A stretch of DNA of 33,299 nt from Oopsacas minuta (Eukaryota > Animalia > Porifera): NCBI GenBank assembly GCA_024704765.1, contig JAKMXF010000331.1:271082-304380 (forward strand), in the 5' to 3' direction. A program made the translations under genes and the position numbers. The notes beneath the pieces were generated by a model. The model had not been told where the DNA came from. It saw only the letters and a list, made by a program, of their open reading frames with translations, and searched no databases. Below, piece by piece: positions 12,606 through 24,370 of this stretch; position 1 is the stretch's first letter, and each line of letters begins with the position of its first letter.

Positions 12606-13215
12606 ATGAAGTGTGGAGACTGGAGAGGTAAGGATCGATGGCCAAAAAAGTTTGAGATACACTGCTATTAGTTATATAATTGTGTGCATTGGTATTTTTT
12701 AATCCAAGTAGAAGGTGAATCGTATATAACAATTTTTGATGAATATATTCAGTCTAAAATTTGATAACCTAATACTTTGATGCATCAAAAATTGATAAAC
12801 TCCTTGATGGTGAACATCACCATCTATGATACATATGCAGTTATGAATCATACAGATTATTTGAGTTTTAATTGTATAGATGATGGAAAATCTTTGTTTT
12901 AAATTTTGATATGTGAATATAACTCAACCTTTTGGATATATTGGAATAATTTTTGGTTAGTGCCACCATGGACAATGAGAGACCAAATATAAGAAATTTA
13001 TAGTATGTATGCAATTGACTGCTTGGGCATAACTAGAGATCCCAGAGCAAGGAGGCAAGCATGGATATATTTACCTCAATATGTTGGCGATCACATTAGG
13101 GGAGATGAAGCAACATCCGATAAGTCAGGCGGCTACTGCCTCTCCCTCAATGCTAGTTACGCTCTGGGACGTCCACTCCTTCCAGTTGCCTTTTTATCAA
13201 TGCTTTTTTGTTTAG

Positions 13216-14539
13216 GTCGAATCTGGGAGAGATTGAAGATTATCATACTGATGGACTCAAGTTCAATGAAGATGTTCTGGAAAAAATTCCTATGAATTCT
13301 ACCCAAAATCTATTATGTTCTATTGATTCAGAAGTTGAGGACTTGATAATTGAAAAATTGAGCAATCAGCTAGGGGTTTTACAACAAGAATTACGTACAG
13401 AGCAGAGTGAATGGCTTCGACAGAAATCTCTAGAAGCTTTGAATGAAATGAATGCTGAAATATATTCTACCAACGAAAGGTTTGAGAGTTTTAAGTCAGA
13501 TATACTAGATATTTGTTCTAAGATAAGGGGCAAAATTGATTCGCCTCCTCGTGGACTGGTTAACAATTTCATTCATGTTGAAGATGATGTTGCTTCTATA
13601 ACGATTCCACAAACGTACAAAAACAATCTTAATGATTTACACAATTCTGATTGTTTTAAGAGTACAGATAGAGTATCAAATGTTTCACAATTAGATTATT
13701 CAAATGAAGATTCATTTAGTGCTCACTCCAATGTGGTACAAATTTCAAAATTGACTCACAGCAATATTCATCATGAAATTCTAATTGATAATTCTCATTT
13801 CAACACATCTATGAATTCATCACCAAACAAGATATTCTTGAATTATCATCCTGAAAATGTTTTCCTACCTTGCCCAGAAGGCGTCATGCTTCTCAATCAC
13901 AGTAGCTCTATTAATCCTTACATCTTGGCTGAAATTCGTTGGAATTTACACTCTTCATTGTTAAAACAATTATTTCGTATTGGAATAGTCAACCATTCAG
14001 ATATTACTAACACAGATTTTCTTTCTTTAAGCAATGATTTACAATCTACCCGCGATAGATATTCAGATAATTACCCAAATTATTTTCTTGCCAGAAAGAT
14101 CACATTATCAGATATTTCTCTCCAAATACACCATTGTAATCGTGACAATAAATCCAAGTTATTCTCTCACCCAATGACTGAGCTTTCAAAAGAATCTAAA
14201 TCAATATTTGAATCATCATCTCACGGTCATTCAGAATCACTCTTGCTGACTAGAGTATCTGGTGTAACTGATCAACGAAAAGGAAGCACCAATAATATAT
14301 GCAACACTTCATGGGATTCTGAAAATTCTGATCTAGTTCAAGGTTGCAACCGATTCTTGCCAGAAATAAAGAAAAATAAATCGTTCTTGCAAGCTACGGC
14401 TACAGCAACTTATCCCTGTGATCGTGATGGTATTAACAAGCATTTGTATATTCCTCTTCAGATCCTAGAGGAAACCATTCCTTCTGACTTCAGTCTTTCT
14501 GATCTTACTGATTATAGTGATTTAACCTCTTGTACCTAA
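13216..14539 (+). CDS. Probable large terminal coding exon of an uncharacterised host gene (N-terminal coiled-coil-like region, Ser/Asn-rich remainder)
   Basis: 443-codon ORF in AT-rich DNA. Polypyrimidine tract and TTTAG|G acceptor at 13215/13216. Helix-like segment EDLIIEKLSNQLGVLQQELRTEQSEWLRQKSLEALNEMN. Stop TAA overlaps AATAAA. No TE motifs. Confidence 0.6.
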
Positions 14540-15407
14540 TAAAAATTAATAATTTTACTGCACCGAATATCAATATATATTTAAATTTATAAGTAGTGAT
14601 TGTTAGTAGTTCATTATTAGCAGTGTTTCAATTGTTGCCACATTTATCCTGTGACATTAACTGTGATTTTTGCAGCTTCTTACTAATTTGGATCTTAGCC
14701 AAGTTAGATTAGAGGCATTCCTTGTCAATTCACAGAGCCAAACATATGGCTCTCCCAGAATCATTCGAAAATTTGTACATTATAACTTCCACATCTTTTC
14801 AGAATATCATGACATTATATTTTTCTCAGATAGTTCTTTCCAGATATACATAAAATACTGTAGATTTGAATTCTGAGCTTAGAAGTAATATTTTCTTGCG
14901 TCTTTCTTGTAAAATTTTACTTTTCATATTACTGTCTGAAAATTCCCTCCTCAAATTCAGATCGCTATTCTCAAATGTGTGATATTGGTTTAACTCAACT
15001 TGGCGAAAAGGCCGTCTATTAGTACGTAGATATTAATTGAAATTATGGAATATTTCGAAAGAATTATGGAACTCATAGATAATAGAAGAGTTATCTAATA
15101 AATGTTAATTAGATTGTAAAATATTAATAAATGTTCCTATTTTGAAAAGTATTCAAATGCCAATTTATTAAACCTGTGTTTAAGTTTGTGAATTTAATTA
15201 CGGTACTTCGACATTATGTTACCGCTTATAGTGAGTAGTTCAAATGGTGTGATACACATGTAGATAAACTATCGATCAATTCCATAAACGTTTACCCAAT
15301 TATATTATGTGGAATTTATGATTAATTTGATGCCAATGTAATGTGATTATGAGAAATGTAAATGGTGGATATGCATATGTTCAATAGTAATAAAAAGAAT
15401 ACAATGG

Positions 15408-15446
15408 GCACCCAAAGGGTGCAAATTGTGAACACAAAGTGTTCGC
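15408..15446. other. Two adjacent hairpins with AAA loops
   Basis: GCACCC-AAA-GGGTGC (15408-15422) and GAACAC-AAA-GTGTTC (15430-15444). Confidence 0.6.
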
Positions 15447-15769
15447 TTGCTGCGCAACGCAAATAAGCATAGCTTGCTTGTATTATTAATTAGCTAATAG
15501 CTAATTCTCGATTTAATGAGCTAAAATGTGACCTGAAATTATACAATTTGACAAATTTCCTAGATTTAGTGAAAACGAAGTTAGCTACCATAGTCCAATA
15601 GTTCTTTGAGGTATCAAATCGTATGAATTAGCAATGATTCGGCTATTCGAGCACAATATCTCAGAAACTACAAACAAACCGGAATTCGACAGAAGTTGAA
15701 AGAAAAATGTATTCGTATGTAAACAATTGTTTATATTTTGAAAGAGTAAATTTAATTTTGCATATAACT

Positions 15770-16030
15770 TGTTGGGCTAATGCTCAAGGTTTTCGTTGTT
15801 GGTAGGAGGTATTGATTTTGGGCATCGTCCTTTAAGTTAATTGAGCTGTTGAATCAGCCTGATCCTACGTTCAACAATATTGCGTACCCATGCCAGATGT
15901 CGTGGTGATTCTTGAAGCTGGGCTGCATTCTTGCAACAAGCTGAACTTTAACCTCGCCAGTTACTGTGTTTAGAATAGCCCAATCTAAGCATCTGACCAT
16001 CACCCGCAAGCAGTGGTGCTAAACTCAATT
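15770..16030 (-). pseudogene. C-terminal remnant of a DNA transposase (tentatively Sola-like)
   Basis: Frameshifted VRNIVERRIRLIQQLN / LKDDAQNQYLL resembles the VVNDxAERxxxLxxxFN...TKDExQxQYLL C-terminal motif, preceded by TVTGEVKVQLVARM. The family name is from memory and unverified. Confidence 0.4.
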
Positions 16031-17275
16031 TAGAACTATGGGGCGGTATCACAATCTCACTTCCCAGAGAACAACTCTGAAAGAGATGATAGTTGATAGA
16101 GAGTATGAAAGATCTAGACAAATCAAATAAAGAATCTCGGGATTGAACATTGCTCTATGAGTTGAATCTTTATTAACAGTTATTTAGGAGTTTCAACCCT
16201 TTGTCTGTCTAAGAAATATCCTATCATTTTACCTTGTTCACAAACAGCTGAAGAACACAAACAAACCTTTTGGAATTTACATAAACCTTGAGACGTGTGG
16301 GCTGTGTTTTTGCTGACTTTTGCTTCAAATTTTGTTTTAGATCGGCATTGTGACTTACTTTCTTAATTCATTAGTTAAATTGACTCAATTTGGTCATAAA
16401 TTATATATTTGATAAATGGGTATAGTCCTAGCCAATATATATTATTTATGCATCCTTTACAGGAAATAGCATATTTTTGGTCGATTGGGCTCCTCTACCA
16501 TTAACAGAGTGAGTCAACTATGTCATATCGATTAGCACTAGTCCCAATTTCCGGTATTGTCTATAGCGGAAATTATAAGCAAAGTCCGAAAAATCACTAC
16601 TCACACTCCTTAAAGTAATGAAATATAGAAATCTCTTACATTGCCAGCTGTACGCCCGTGGATTTCGCCTCAGAACATGCTCGAGATCAGTATACCATCA
16701 TAAAACCTTCCTTCCGCTACAACTCAATTTTTACCCTCTAGCAACTGGACTATTATAAATTTGACATTGTATTTTGCAAAACTTTTCTTTACTAATCCCG
16801 ATTCTTGCTATTATTGGAACTATTAACAATACAAAATTGAACTTGATGTCCGATAAAATAGTTACTAATTGGTACATTTTGTTAATAGAAATACTGCTAT
16901 AATAGGCAGTTTCAACTGTGTAGAGTAGTTATCCAATGCGACACCATAGAATTCCTAGATTCAAATTCTAAGCACATAGCTTACCTAAAATACTTTCATT
17001 GACAACAAACAGACAATAACAAAATTTGCTATTATATAATAAACCAGTCGCAAAATATGCTAGAGAGAAAGCCAGAAAAGCTTATTTTGGAGAATTTTGT
17101 GCATGCTGATAAAAATGATATACCGAAGGTATAACTTGACAACATCTTCGACAAGTCAGGGCGAGCTTTGACATCCCCTTAGATAATCTTGTTGTATATT
17201 AGGCCCGATAAAATAATAAAAGCTTAGTTGCAAAAATCAAAAATATTTAGAGAGGTTTACGTGTCTTCACTGGTA

Positions 17276-18586
17276 CGAGGGTCGTCCAAAATGTTTTTAG
17301 AATTAATGCTGTAACTTCATTTCTTGCACACCAATACATCTTATATCTATAGTACACTATTTATAACTACTCTAGTTAAAATATCTAAGCTTTTTATCTT
17401 TTATTACTTTTTTGACAGCTACTTATATAGTCAGCACTTGGCTCTAATTTTAAATTCGTACCTAATTATTTCTCATGGATTTACATTTGGAAAGAGGGAC
17501 TTTCGCGCAATGATTTTATGTGACTTTATGAGAAAACTTAGTCCTAAAGAATCACATATTCAACATCGGGACATTTGGAGAAAAATCACAATCTTTGACT
17601 ACAGTGTACAACTGGTACGATGAATTTAACCATGGACGAAAGACTCTAAGTGATGAAATGTGATCAGGACACCCTGTAGATGCGGTTAACCCAGAAAATA
17701 TCCAGAAAGTTAAGAAAATAATCAAAAATGGGCGTCGAATCATAATAAACGAAATAATGAGTCATTTAGACATCAGCAGAGGAAGCCTCCATGTCATACT
17801 CCATGAACACCTCTTGGTGAGGAAAGTGGCTGCACGTTGGATTCTACATAAACTTTCTGTAGAGCAAATGACAACTCGAGTGGATTGGTGCAAATTTATG
17901 ATCAGAAAATTCGATAATGGTCGTTCAAAGCTATTAAATACATTAATTACGGGAGATGAGACTTGGATTTACCAATATGACCCAGAAACGAAACAACAAT
18001 CCTCAGTTTAGCCAGATGATGATCCCCTCAAAAATTGGGAAGTGCACAAAGTGGCAACAAGCAAATGGTCGCCAGTTTCATCTCTAAAAAGGGACATGTT
18101 GCTACTATTCCCCTTATAGAGCAAAAGACTGTAACTGCGAGTTGGTATGTCAACATTTGCATGCCTCAGGTGATAGAAAAGTGGAGCATTTTACATCCTA
18201 AAGCCTACCTTACCTCACTTCAATGGCACCATGACAATACAAGTGCACATAAGGCAGCTTTAACAATGGATTTCTTTGCAGAAAATGGTATAAAATTGAT
18301 ACCCCTTCCAGCATATTCCCCAGATTTGGCGCCATGCGACTTCTTTCTTTTCCCTAAACTAAAAAAGAAGATTGAAGGGATTCATTTCAATGGGGCAAGA
18401 CTGGTTTATAATGAGGCCCTCCAAGACATAACCAAAGAAGACTGGGAAAATTGTTTTGAAAGTTGGTTTAGAAGGATGGACTTATGCATACAGTCATCTG
18501 GTATATACTTCGAGAAACTATAAAAAATAATCCACTTCCTACTATTCTTTCATATAGATTCTAAATACTTTTTTGGACTACCCTCG
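17276..18586 (+). mobile_element. mariner (Tc1/mariner) element, full-length boundaries
   Basis: Imperfect ~28-bp TIRs CGAGGGT(C/A)GTCCAAAA...TTTAGAAT, TA TSDs (17274-75, 18587-88), 1311 bp. Confidence 0.93.
17475..18523 (+). pseudogene. mariner D,D34D transposase pseudogene
   Basis: DFRAMI, RKVAARWILHKL, ITGDETWIYQYDPETKQQS, HHDNTSAH, AYSPDLAPCDFFLFP, GIYFEKL; stops and frameshifts. Confidence 0.92.
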
Positions 18587-19189
18587 TATCCAAGGAAGCC
18601 CAAAAAGATATTGTCTGGAGCGCCCCAGCTTGCTCTCCGCGGTAGTGGGAAGGAGAAAAAGGATGTGCCTTTATAACCATTATTTGGGATATGATGTTTT
18701 AACTGCGTCCTTAGTGGTAATTTTAAAGTTTTCAAGTTGCCGCATTATAAATTCAAGGTGAGATATTTCAGGACAATCAGGGCTATGTATATGTGACTCT
18801 AATTTAGAAGGCTGCAATATGTTGATAACTTCATTGACATGTATCTCTGCCTGGGAAATATGACATTAATCTGGAGACTCATTGAATGGCAAGGCTATAT
18901 TCTAAGAAATAATGAAATTTCAGCTAAAAGAGATTCGACTGATTTCTGTTTTTAGATATCAAAAACAAATCTCCACGATAAAATACATGTAGCATATCCG
19001 TACCTACTTGTAAGTACAGATCGACAATTATATTATTCTTTTTAATACTCGTATGCAAAATATATATATTGTGCTCGGTCAGGGAACCATGTAGACCAAT
19101 TAGCTAAAGTAAGCAATGACAACTTATCCTTATCTTTCTCTTTATTTTCAAAATCTAGGGTATTCTTTTGAATCATATGAGAGACGGCT

Positions 19190-19460
19190 ACACATTTGGG
19201 AAGATTGATTGGAATAGTAAGAAGAACATCCTGGTAGGAAACGTGGTATTGCCCCATCCTTCAGCCTTTGACTTGGTAGAGGAATATCTTTGAATGTACC
19301 ATCTCCATTTGGTAAAAATCTGCGTGTACTCTACATCATCTTCTCTAAAGTGCTTGACACAAACGAATAGTTTATCAAAATCGAGCTCCAATCCAGGCAT
19401 GTATTAGTTCAGGTGTGGCTTTTGACATCCGAAAGTATGGAATTCTATAATCAGGTCGAT
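19190..19460 (-). pseudogene. Degenerate THAP zinc-finger domain (P-element/THAP9-like remnant)
   Basis: Frameshifted pieces YFRMSKATPELIHAWIG, LFVCVKHFREDD and RLKDGAIPRFLPGC match the THAP W...VCxxHFxxxD...L(K)xxA(I/V)PxxF pattern. Confidence 0.6.
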
Positions 19461-19474
19461 AATTACTCTTTCAA

Positions 19475-19658
19475 CCAGGCGCTTTGCAAGAATTTGACAA
19501 TTCTTGAGTTCGTAGCGCAAGATGGCCAAGGACCATATTGATGAGGGGAACATCGAAGAGCGCAATATTGTGATTCGAGAGGACAAGGACCCGCACGGTG
19601 AACACGAGCGACGCTACATCATCCAGCAAGCTGCAGAAGTAGCAATTCAAATAAATAA
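19475..19658 (+). pseudogene. Helitron Rep/helicase remnant, part 1 (left of the Chapaev insertion)
   Basis: IVIREDKDPHGEHERRYIIQQAAEVAIQI matches the Helitron VIRxDKxPxGEHERRFNxPxxxEVAI block. Confidence 0.8.
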
Positions 19659-21957
19659 CACAACACAACAAGATTTCTCATCAGAGATCATATACATTTA
19701 TCTTAGCATACTTTTGAATGCTGAACTCAAATCTGCAATCAGAATTTCTCTAGCACGTCTAGTTATTCTGAAATCCAATATCCATTTTTTCAATAGTATA
19801 GTATTACCTAGTTACTAAACTGCTATATGAGCATGCCTATTCTGATTCAATTATCTGGAATATAAATGACTTTACTTATTTGAATTCAAGCAAATCAAAT
19901 TATAAACATGCATCGTAATTGTAGAACTCATCCCGACAATTTCTGTTACGTTTGTGGTCATTTTTGCGTAAAATCACAAAGACGACCAATCACAAATCAA
20001 TTAAAGAACATATATAAAGTGTACTTCGAATGTCCACTTGGTGACCAAGACAAGTCATGGGCACCACATGTTATATGCACTTCTTGTTCAAGTGGACAAC
20101 GTGATTGGTTGAACAAAAGGGAAGTTTCAATGCCATTTGCAATACCCATCGTCTGGAGGGAACAGAAAAATCACCTTGATGATTGTTACTTTTGCCTTAT
20201 CGACATCACAGGATTCTCAGCTAAGAATAAGCACGCTCTTGTTTACCCAGACTTGGATTCTGTTCGCAGGCCAATTCCACACGACATCTCATTACCAATC
20301 CCATTTCCCAAGCCATAGCAAATTAAAATCGGGTCTGATATGGTGGAAGATGTCCATGCAGATTCTACAGATGCTAATTATGTCCCGGAAGATGAATTAC
20401 TAGAGCCACAAACATTTACACAGGGAGAATTGAATGACCTGGTCAGGGATCTAGACTTATCTAAAGACCAAGCTGAACTCTTTGCATCCAGGCTCAAACA
20501 GAAAAACCTACTCGACAAAGCTGTCCTAGTATCCCACTATCGCAAGCGAAATTTCGATCTCGCTCAATACTACACCACTGATGGTTCACTGTGCTATTGT
20601 AATGATATCGAAGGACTCTATGGAAACGTATTACAAGAACATTCTACGTCTGATTGGCGCCTTTTCATCGACTCGTCAAAACGCAGTTTGAAAGCTGTTC
20701 TGTTGCATAACGGAAATCTAAAGCCTGGCGTTCCAATTGCTCACTCCGTCTATCTCAAAGAAACCTTCGTCAATTTGCAGGAAGTTTTGGAGGCAATACA
20801 GTATAGAATAGATATATGGAATATCTGCGGTGATCTTAAGATAATCGGGCTATTGATGGGCTTGCAACAAGGTTTTACAAAGTATTGTTGTTTCCTATGT
20901 CTATGGGACAGCCGAGCAACTGGTGAACATTATAAAAAATGTGATTGGCCGAAGAGAACCTATGAAGTGGGGAAAACCAATTTACAGCATTCGCCATTGG
21001 TAGATCCAAACAAAGTTTTCTTACCCCCACTTCATATTAAACTTGGATTAATGAAAACATTCGTTAAAACAATGGGCAAAACAAATTCAGCAGGATTTCT
21101 GCATTTGGTTGGCAAATTTCCGAAACTAAGCGAGGCAAAGTTAAAAGAGGGAGTATTTGTAGGACCACAAATCAGACAAGTATTCTGAGATCCAGATTTC
21201 GAGAAGACATTATCCGAATTAGAGATGAGTGCTTGGACTTCTTTCAAATGGGTTTGTGAAAACTTTTTGGGCAACAAGAAGTCGTCCAACTACAGAGAAG
21301 GAGTGGAAACCTTGCTTAACGCATACGAGAAGATGGGCTGTCGTATGTTGCTCAAACTTCACTTCTTGCACTCTCACCTTGATTCTTTCCCTGAGAACCT
21401 TGGTGCTGTAAGTGATGAACAGGACGAGAGATTCCACCAAACATACAGGAGATGGAAACCCGATACCAAGGTTTCTGGAATGAGGGCATGGTGTCCGATT
21501 ACTGTTGGAGGCTCTTCAGAGATAATCCCAACAAGATATATAAAAGGAAGTCGTACTCTCAACACTTTTAATTTAGTTAGTACCTTTATACTTCCAGATG
21601 GATATGTATTTCCCCTTAGTTTGTGAGTAGTTGATACATGCATGAATATGAATAATTATATGTAAGAGCTAGGATAATAACTGATATTATCTTGGCATTA
21701 ATCTAAAACATCGAAAAAAAAAACGTTGATTTATTTCAGATGGCTATCATGTAAGAAGACAAAAAGACAGCCATTACCATAAAATAACAGGAAAAAATTA
21801 GGAAATACATACAAATCGTTGACTTGTAGATGGAAAAAAAAACTGGACGTGCTGGAAAGAATCTGAAAGTAGATTTGCATTCAGCGTAAAAAACTAGCTT
21901 AGAAAATGTCAATCCAATACTTGATGAGAAAATGAAGTTAAATTTTGTTGACCTGTG
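19659..21957 (+). mobile_element. Chapaev3-type DNA transposon A
   Basis: Termini CACAACACAACAAG...TTTTGTTGACCTGTG (10/13 match). About 110-bp imperfect subterminal inverted similarity. Flanks TAA/GAA (imperfect 3-bp TSD). Excision restores the Helitron frame. Confidence 0.88.
19908..21570 (+). pseudogene. Chapaev3-type transposase, near-intact (two frameshifts and one stop seen)
   Basis: PDNFCYVCG, GDQDKSWAPHVICTSC, WREQKNHLDDCYFC, WRLFIDSSKRSLKAVLLHNG, KYCCFLCLWDSR, LPPLHIKLGLMK, GVFVGPQIR, HFLHSHLDSFPENLGAVSDEQDERFHQ. Confidence 0.88.
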
Positions 21958-21960
21958 GAA

Positions 21961-22845
21961 TAAATCAAATGAAATCAGGGATATCTTCATCCGCCTGAAA
22001 GATTGTCACCTCATGCGTATCTATGAGCTTCATCCAGGATATTATCTGCTACTGTACCCGTTGCTGTTCAACTATGGCGCTGATGGCTACTACATAGAAA
22101 TATAAGAGACAAATGCCTTAAGGTTGCCCAGTTGCAGTGATACAGCTTCCACTTGATGCACAGGTACGACAACTGCTATATACAGGGTGGGCGCCTCTTC
22201 CAACAGTTATTGGTCGATGCTTACTGTAAAATAGTAACCGAGCGCTTCCTGCGTCGTAAGTAGTAGACTCTTAGGGCGGCGGAGAACTACATGAACTTAC
22301 AATCAGCTTGTTGGTAACTGATGGCGATCCCGAAACAACTGCCAGATGGTAGGCTCCGAGCTACTCACAGCGGTGACCGAAGTACTGCACGAGAAACAGA
22401 GCGATGCAATAGCCTACGTACTGCGCATGGGGAGGGCTGACTTATTCATCACCATAACATGCAACCCTGAGTTGCCCGAGTTTATGGAGAACCCAGACAT
22501 TTTTGCCAGGGTTTATCATCAAAAGCTCAAAATATGATGAATTTGCTTAAATATGACTCTCGGTAAAGTTCGGGATAGTTGTACTCAATCAAGTAGCAGA
22601 AACCCGAGCTTCCTCATGTTCACATCTTCATCTGGCTGGAATCGGAAGAGAATATAAGGCCTGAAGAAATCGACTTCGTCATTTCTGTCGGGCTGAGTGA
22701 TAATGACGATGACATTAAACTGTACAAAATAGTCCTCTCGCAGATGATTCAGGGCGCATGCTTCGCACAAAACAGATTCACCCTGTATGATCGACCTAGT
22801 GAACCAAAGGAGACCGCAGTGCACTAAGAAATACCATAAACAATG
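21961..22845 (+). pseudogene. Helitron Rep remnant, part 2
   Basis: IRDIFIR...YPLLFNYGADGY, GRLFQQLLVDAYCKI, DAIAYVLRMGRADLFITITCNPE (motif 1), LPHVHIFIWL (HUH motif 2), SPCM...CTKKYP; multiple stops and frameshifts. Confidence 0.88.
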
Positions 22846-23100
22846 TGTCAGACCATGTACCTATTTGTCAAGAACAGCAAGTCAATTTTAATTCTGATTC
22901 AAAAACTTTCCTCGATCCCCAGATAGATGGTTGGAAATTTGATCACAGGTAACCACAATATGCCAAATATCATGAAGTCATCAATTTGAATAATTGGAAA
23001 TGTATCAGGAGAGGATTGCGTCATAATAACTGTACAAAAATGTCGAAATTACAAATGTACTAAGAAAACTATGACTAAAAGTCACTCATTGGCAATGATA

Positions 23101-24370
23101 CGAAGAGCACTCGAAATTTTTCACGTTGACCGACATATCAGATAGTAATCATAAATTTGACTATACATTTTTCATTCTGGTAAACCAATTATCAAATCAT
23201 TTTTTCCACTCTTCTTTGGGTATGTCTCCGATCGCTTGGAAAAGTGTCCCTCTCAACTCCTCATTAGCCGAAAATCTCCTCCCACGTAATTGATCTTTGA
23301 GTCTAGGGAACAACCAGAAGTCGCAAGGGGCTAAATCAGTACTGTAGGGTGGGTGAGGTAATGTTTTGAGTCCAGAATTTTCCAATAACTCATGAGTTCT
23401 GATTGCCGTAGGCGATGATGCATTATCATGATGAAGAAGAATTCCTCTAATGCCTGTCTTCTCCCGCTGTGACTCAATTGCTGTGATGACTTTGGGTAGG
23501 CACACTGTAGTGTACCAGTCGGCAGTAACAGTCTTTCTATCCTCGAGAGTAACAGCTTCGACAAGCCCACTAGATCTGAAAAAAATCGCCCACATTTGTT
23601 TCCCAACAGATCTAGCCCTCCGCACTTTGGTTGGAGGTGGGCATCTTCTTCAACCCACTCCTTTGACATTCGCTTTGTTTCTGGATCATAATGGTATATC
23701 CATGTCTCATCACCTGTAAGGATCTCAGAAACAGCTCTTGAACTTCCATTAGCAAACCTTTTGAGCATAATTTTCCAAAAGTCTATACGGGATATTTTTT
23801 GCTGTAAGTTCAAAGAATGGGGGATCCATCGGGCACACAACTTCCTGACACAAAGCTCTTTGTGCAAAATGATACTAATTTTCCCCGATGATAACTCTGT
23901 TTCATATTCTAACTGAGCGTACGTAATATGAGGATCTTTAGTAATTAGATATAGCATTTCGTTAACAATTTCTTCATTATGTGAAATATTCGGTCTTTCT
24001 GAACGAGGGGTATCATGAAGAACAAAGTTTCCGTGAATAAATTCCCTGTACCATCTTTCAACTGTACTTTGAGAAGGAGCTAGATCCGAGAAATGTTCCT
24101 GTAAAGATTCATAGATTTCTACTCTTGTCTTCTGTGTTTGAATAAGATCAAAATCATTGCTCGAAAATCACACTTTGTGAGATCTGATTTAGATTGAGAT
24201 ATTTTAGAAGCCATGCATACTAAAATTATCTAATTTATGAAAGTAGAAGAGATAAATGAATGAAATTTTCAAGTAGAGTAATAAAATAAGTCTGAAAATA
24301 TGGATGTGGAAAAATATCCGACAGATCAATGGTTTCATATCAAACGGCAAATTTTTTCGGGTGCCCCTCG
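23101..24370 (-). mobile_element. mariner element, second family
   Basis: Imperfect TIRs CGAAGAGCACTCGAAATTTTT (23101) and CGAGGGGCACCCGAAAAAATT (rc, ending 24370); TA TSDs at 23099-100 and 24371-72. Confidence 0.9.
23150..24214 (-). pseudogene. mariner transposase pseudogene
   Basis: MASK...DFRAMI, RKLCARWIPHSL, ILTGDETWIYHYDPETK, LHHDNASS, HPPYSTDLAPCDFWLFP; frameshifts and an eroded C-terminus. Confidence 0.9.

Noticed and set aside
13005-13295. 96-aa plus ORF overlapping the long ORF
   Set aside because: It runs through the polypyrimidine tract and acceptor of the main exon in another frame; no recognisable motif.
17250-18680. Possible gypsy pol fragment restored across the mariner insertion
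   Set aside because: The resemblance (KKDVPL) is too weak, with no RT, RNase H or integrase catalytic motifs.
19908-21570. Transib/RAG1-like or domesticated recombinase interpretation
   Set aside because: The termini, 3-bp TSD and motifs fit Chapaev3; the ORF is broken and still bounded by TIRs, so it is not domesticated.
21032-21643. Several overlapping short ORFs on both strands
   Set aside because: They are antisense or alternate-frame shadows of the Chapaev transposase.
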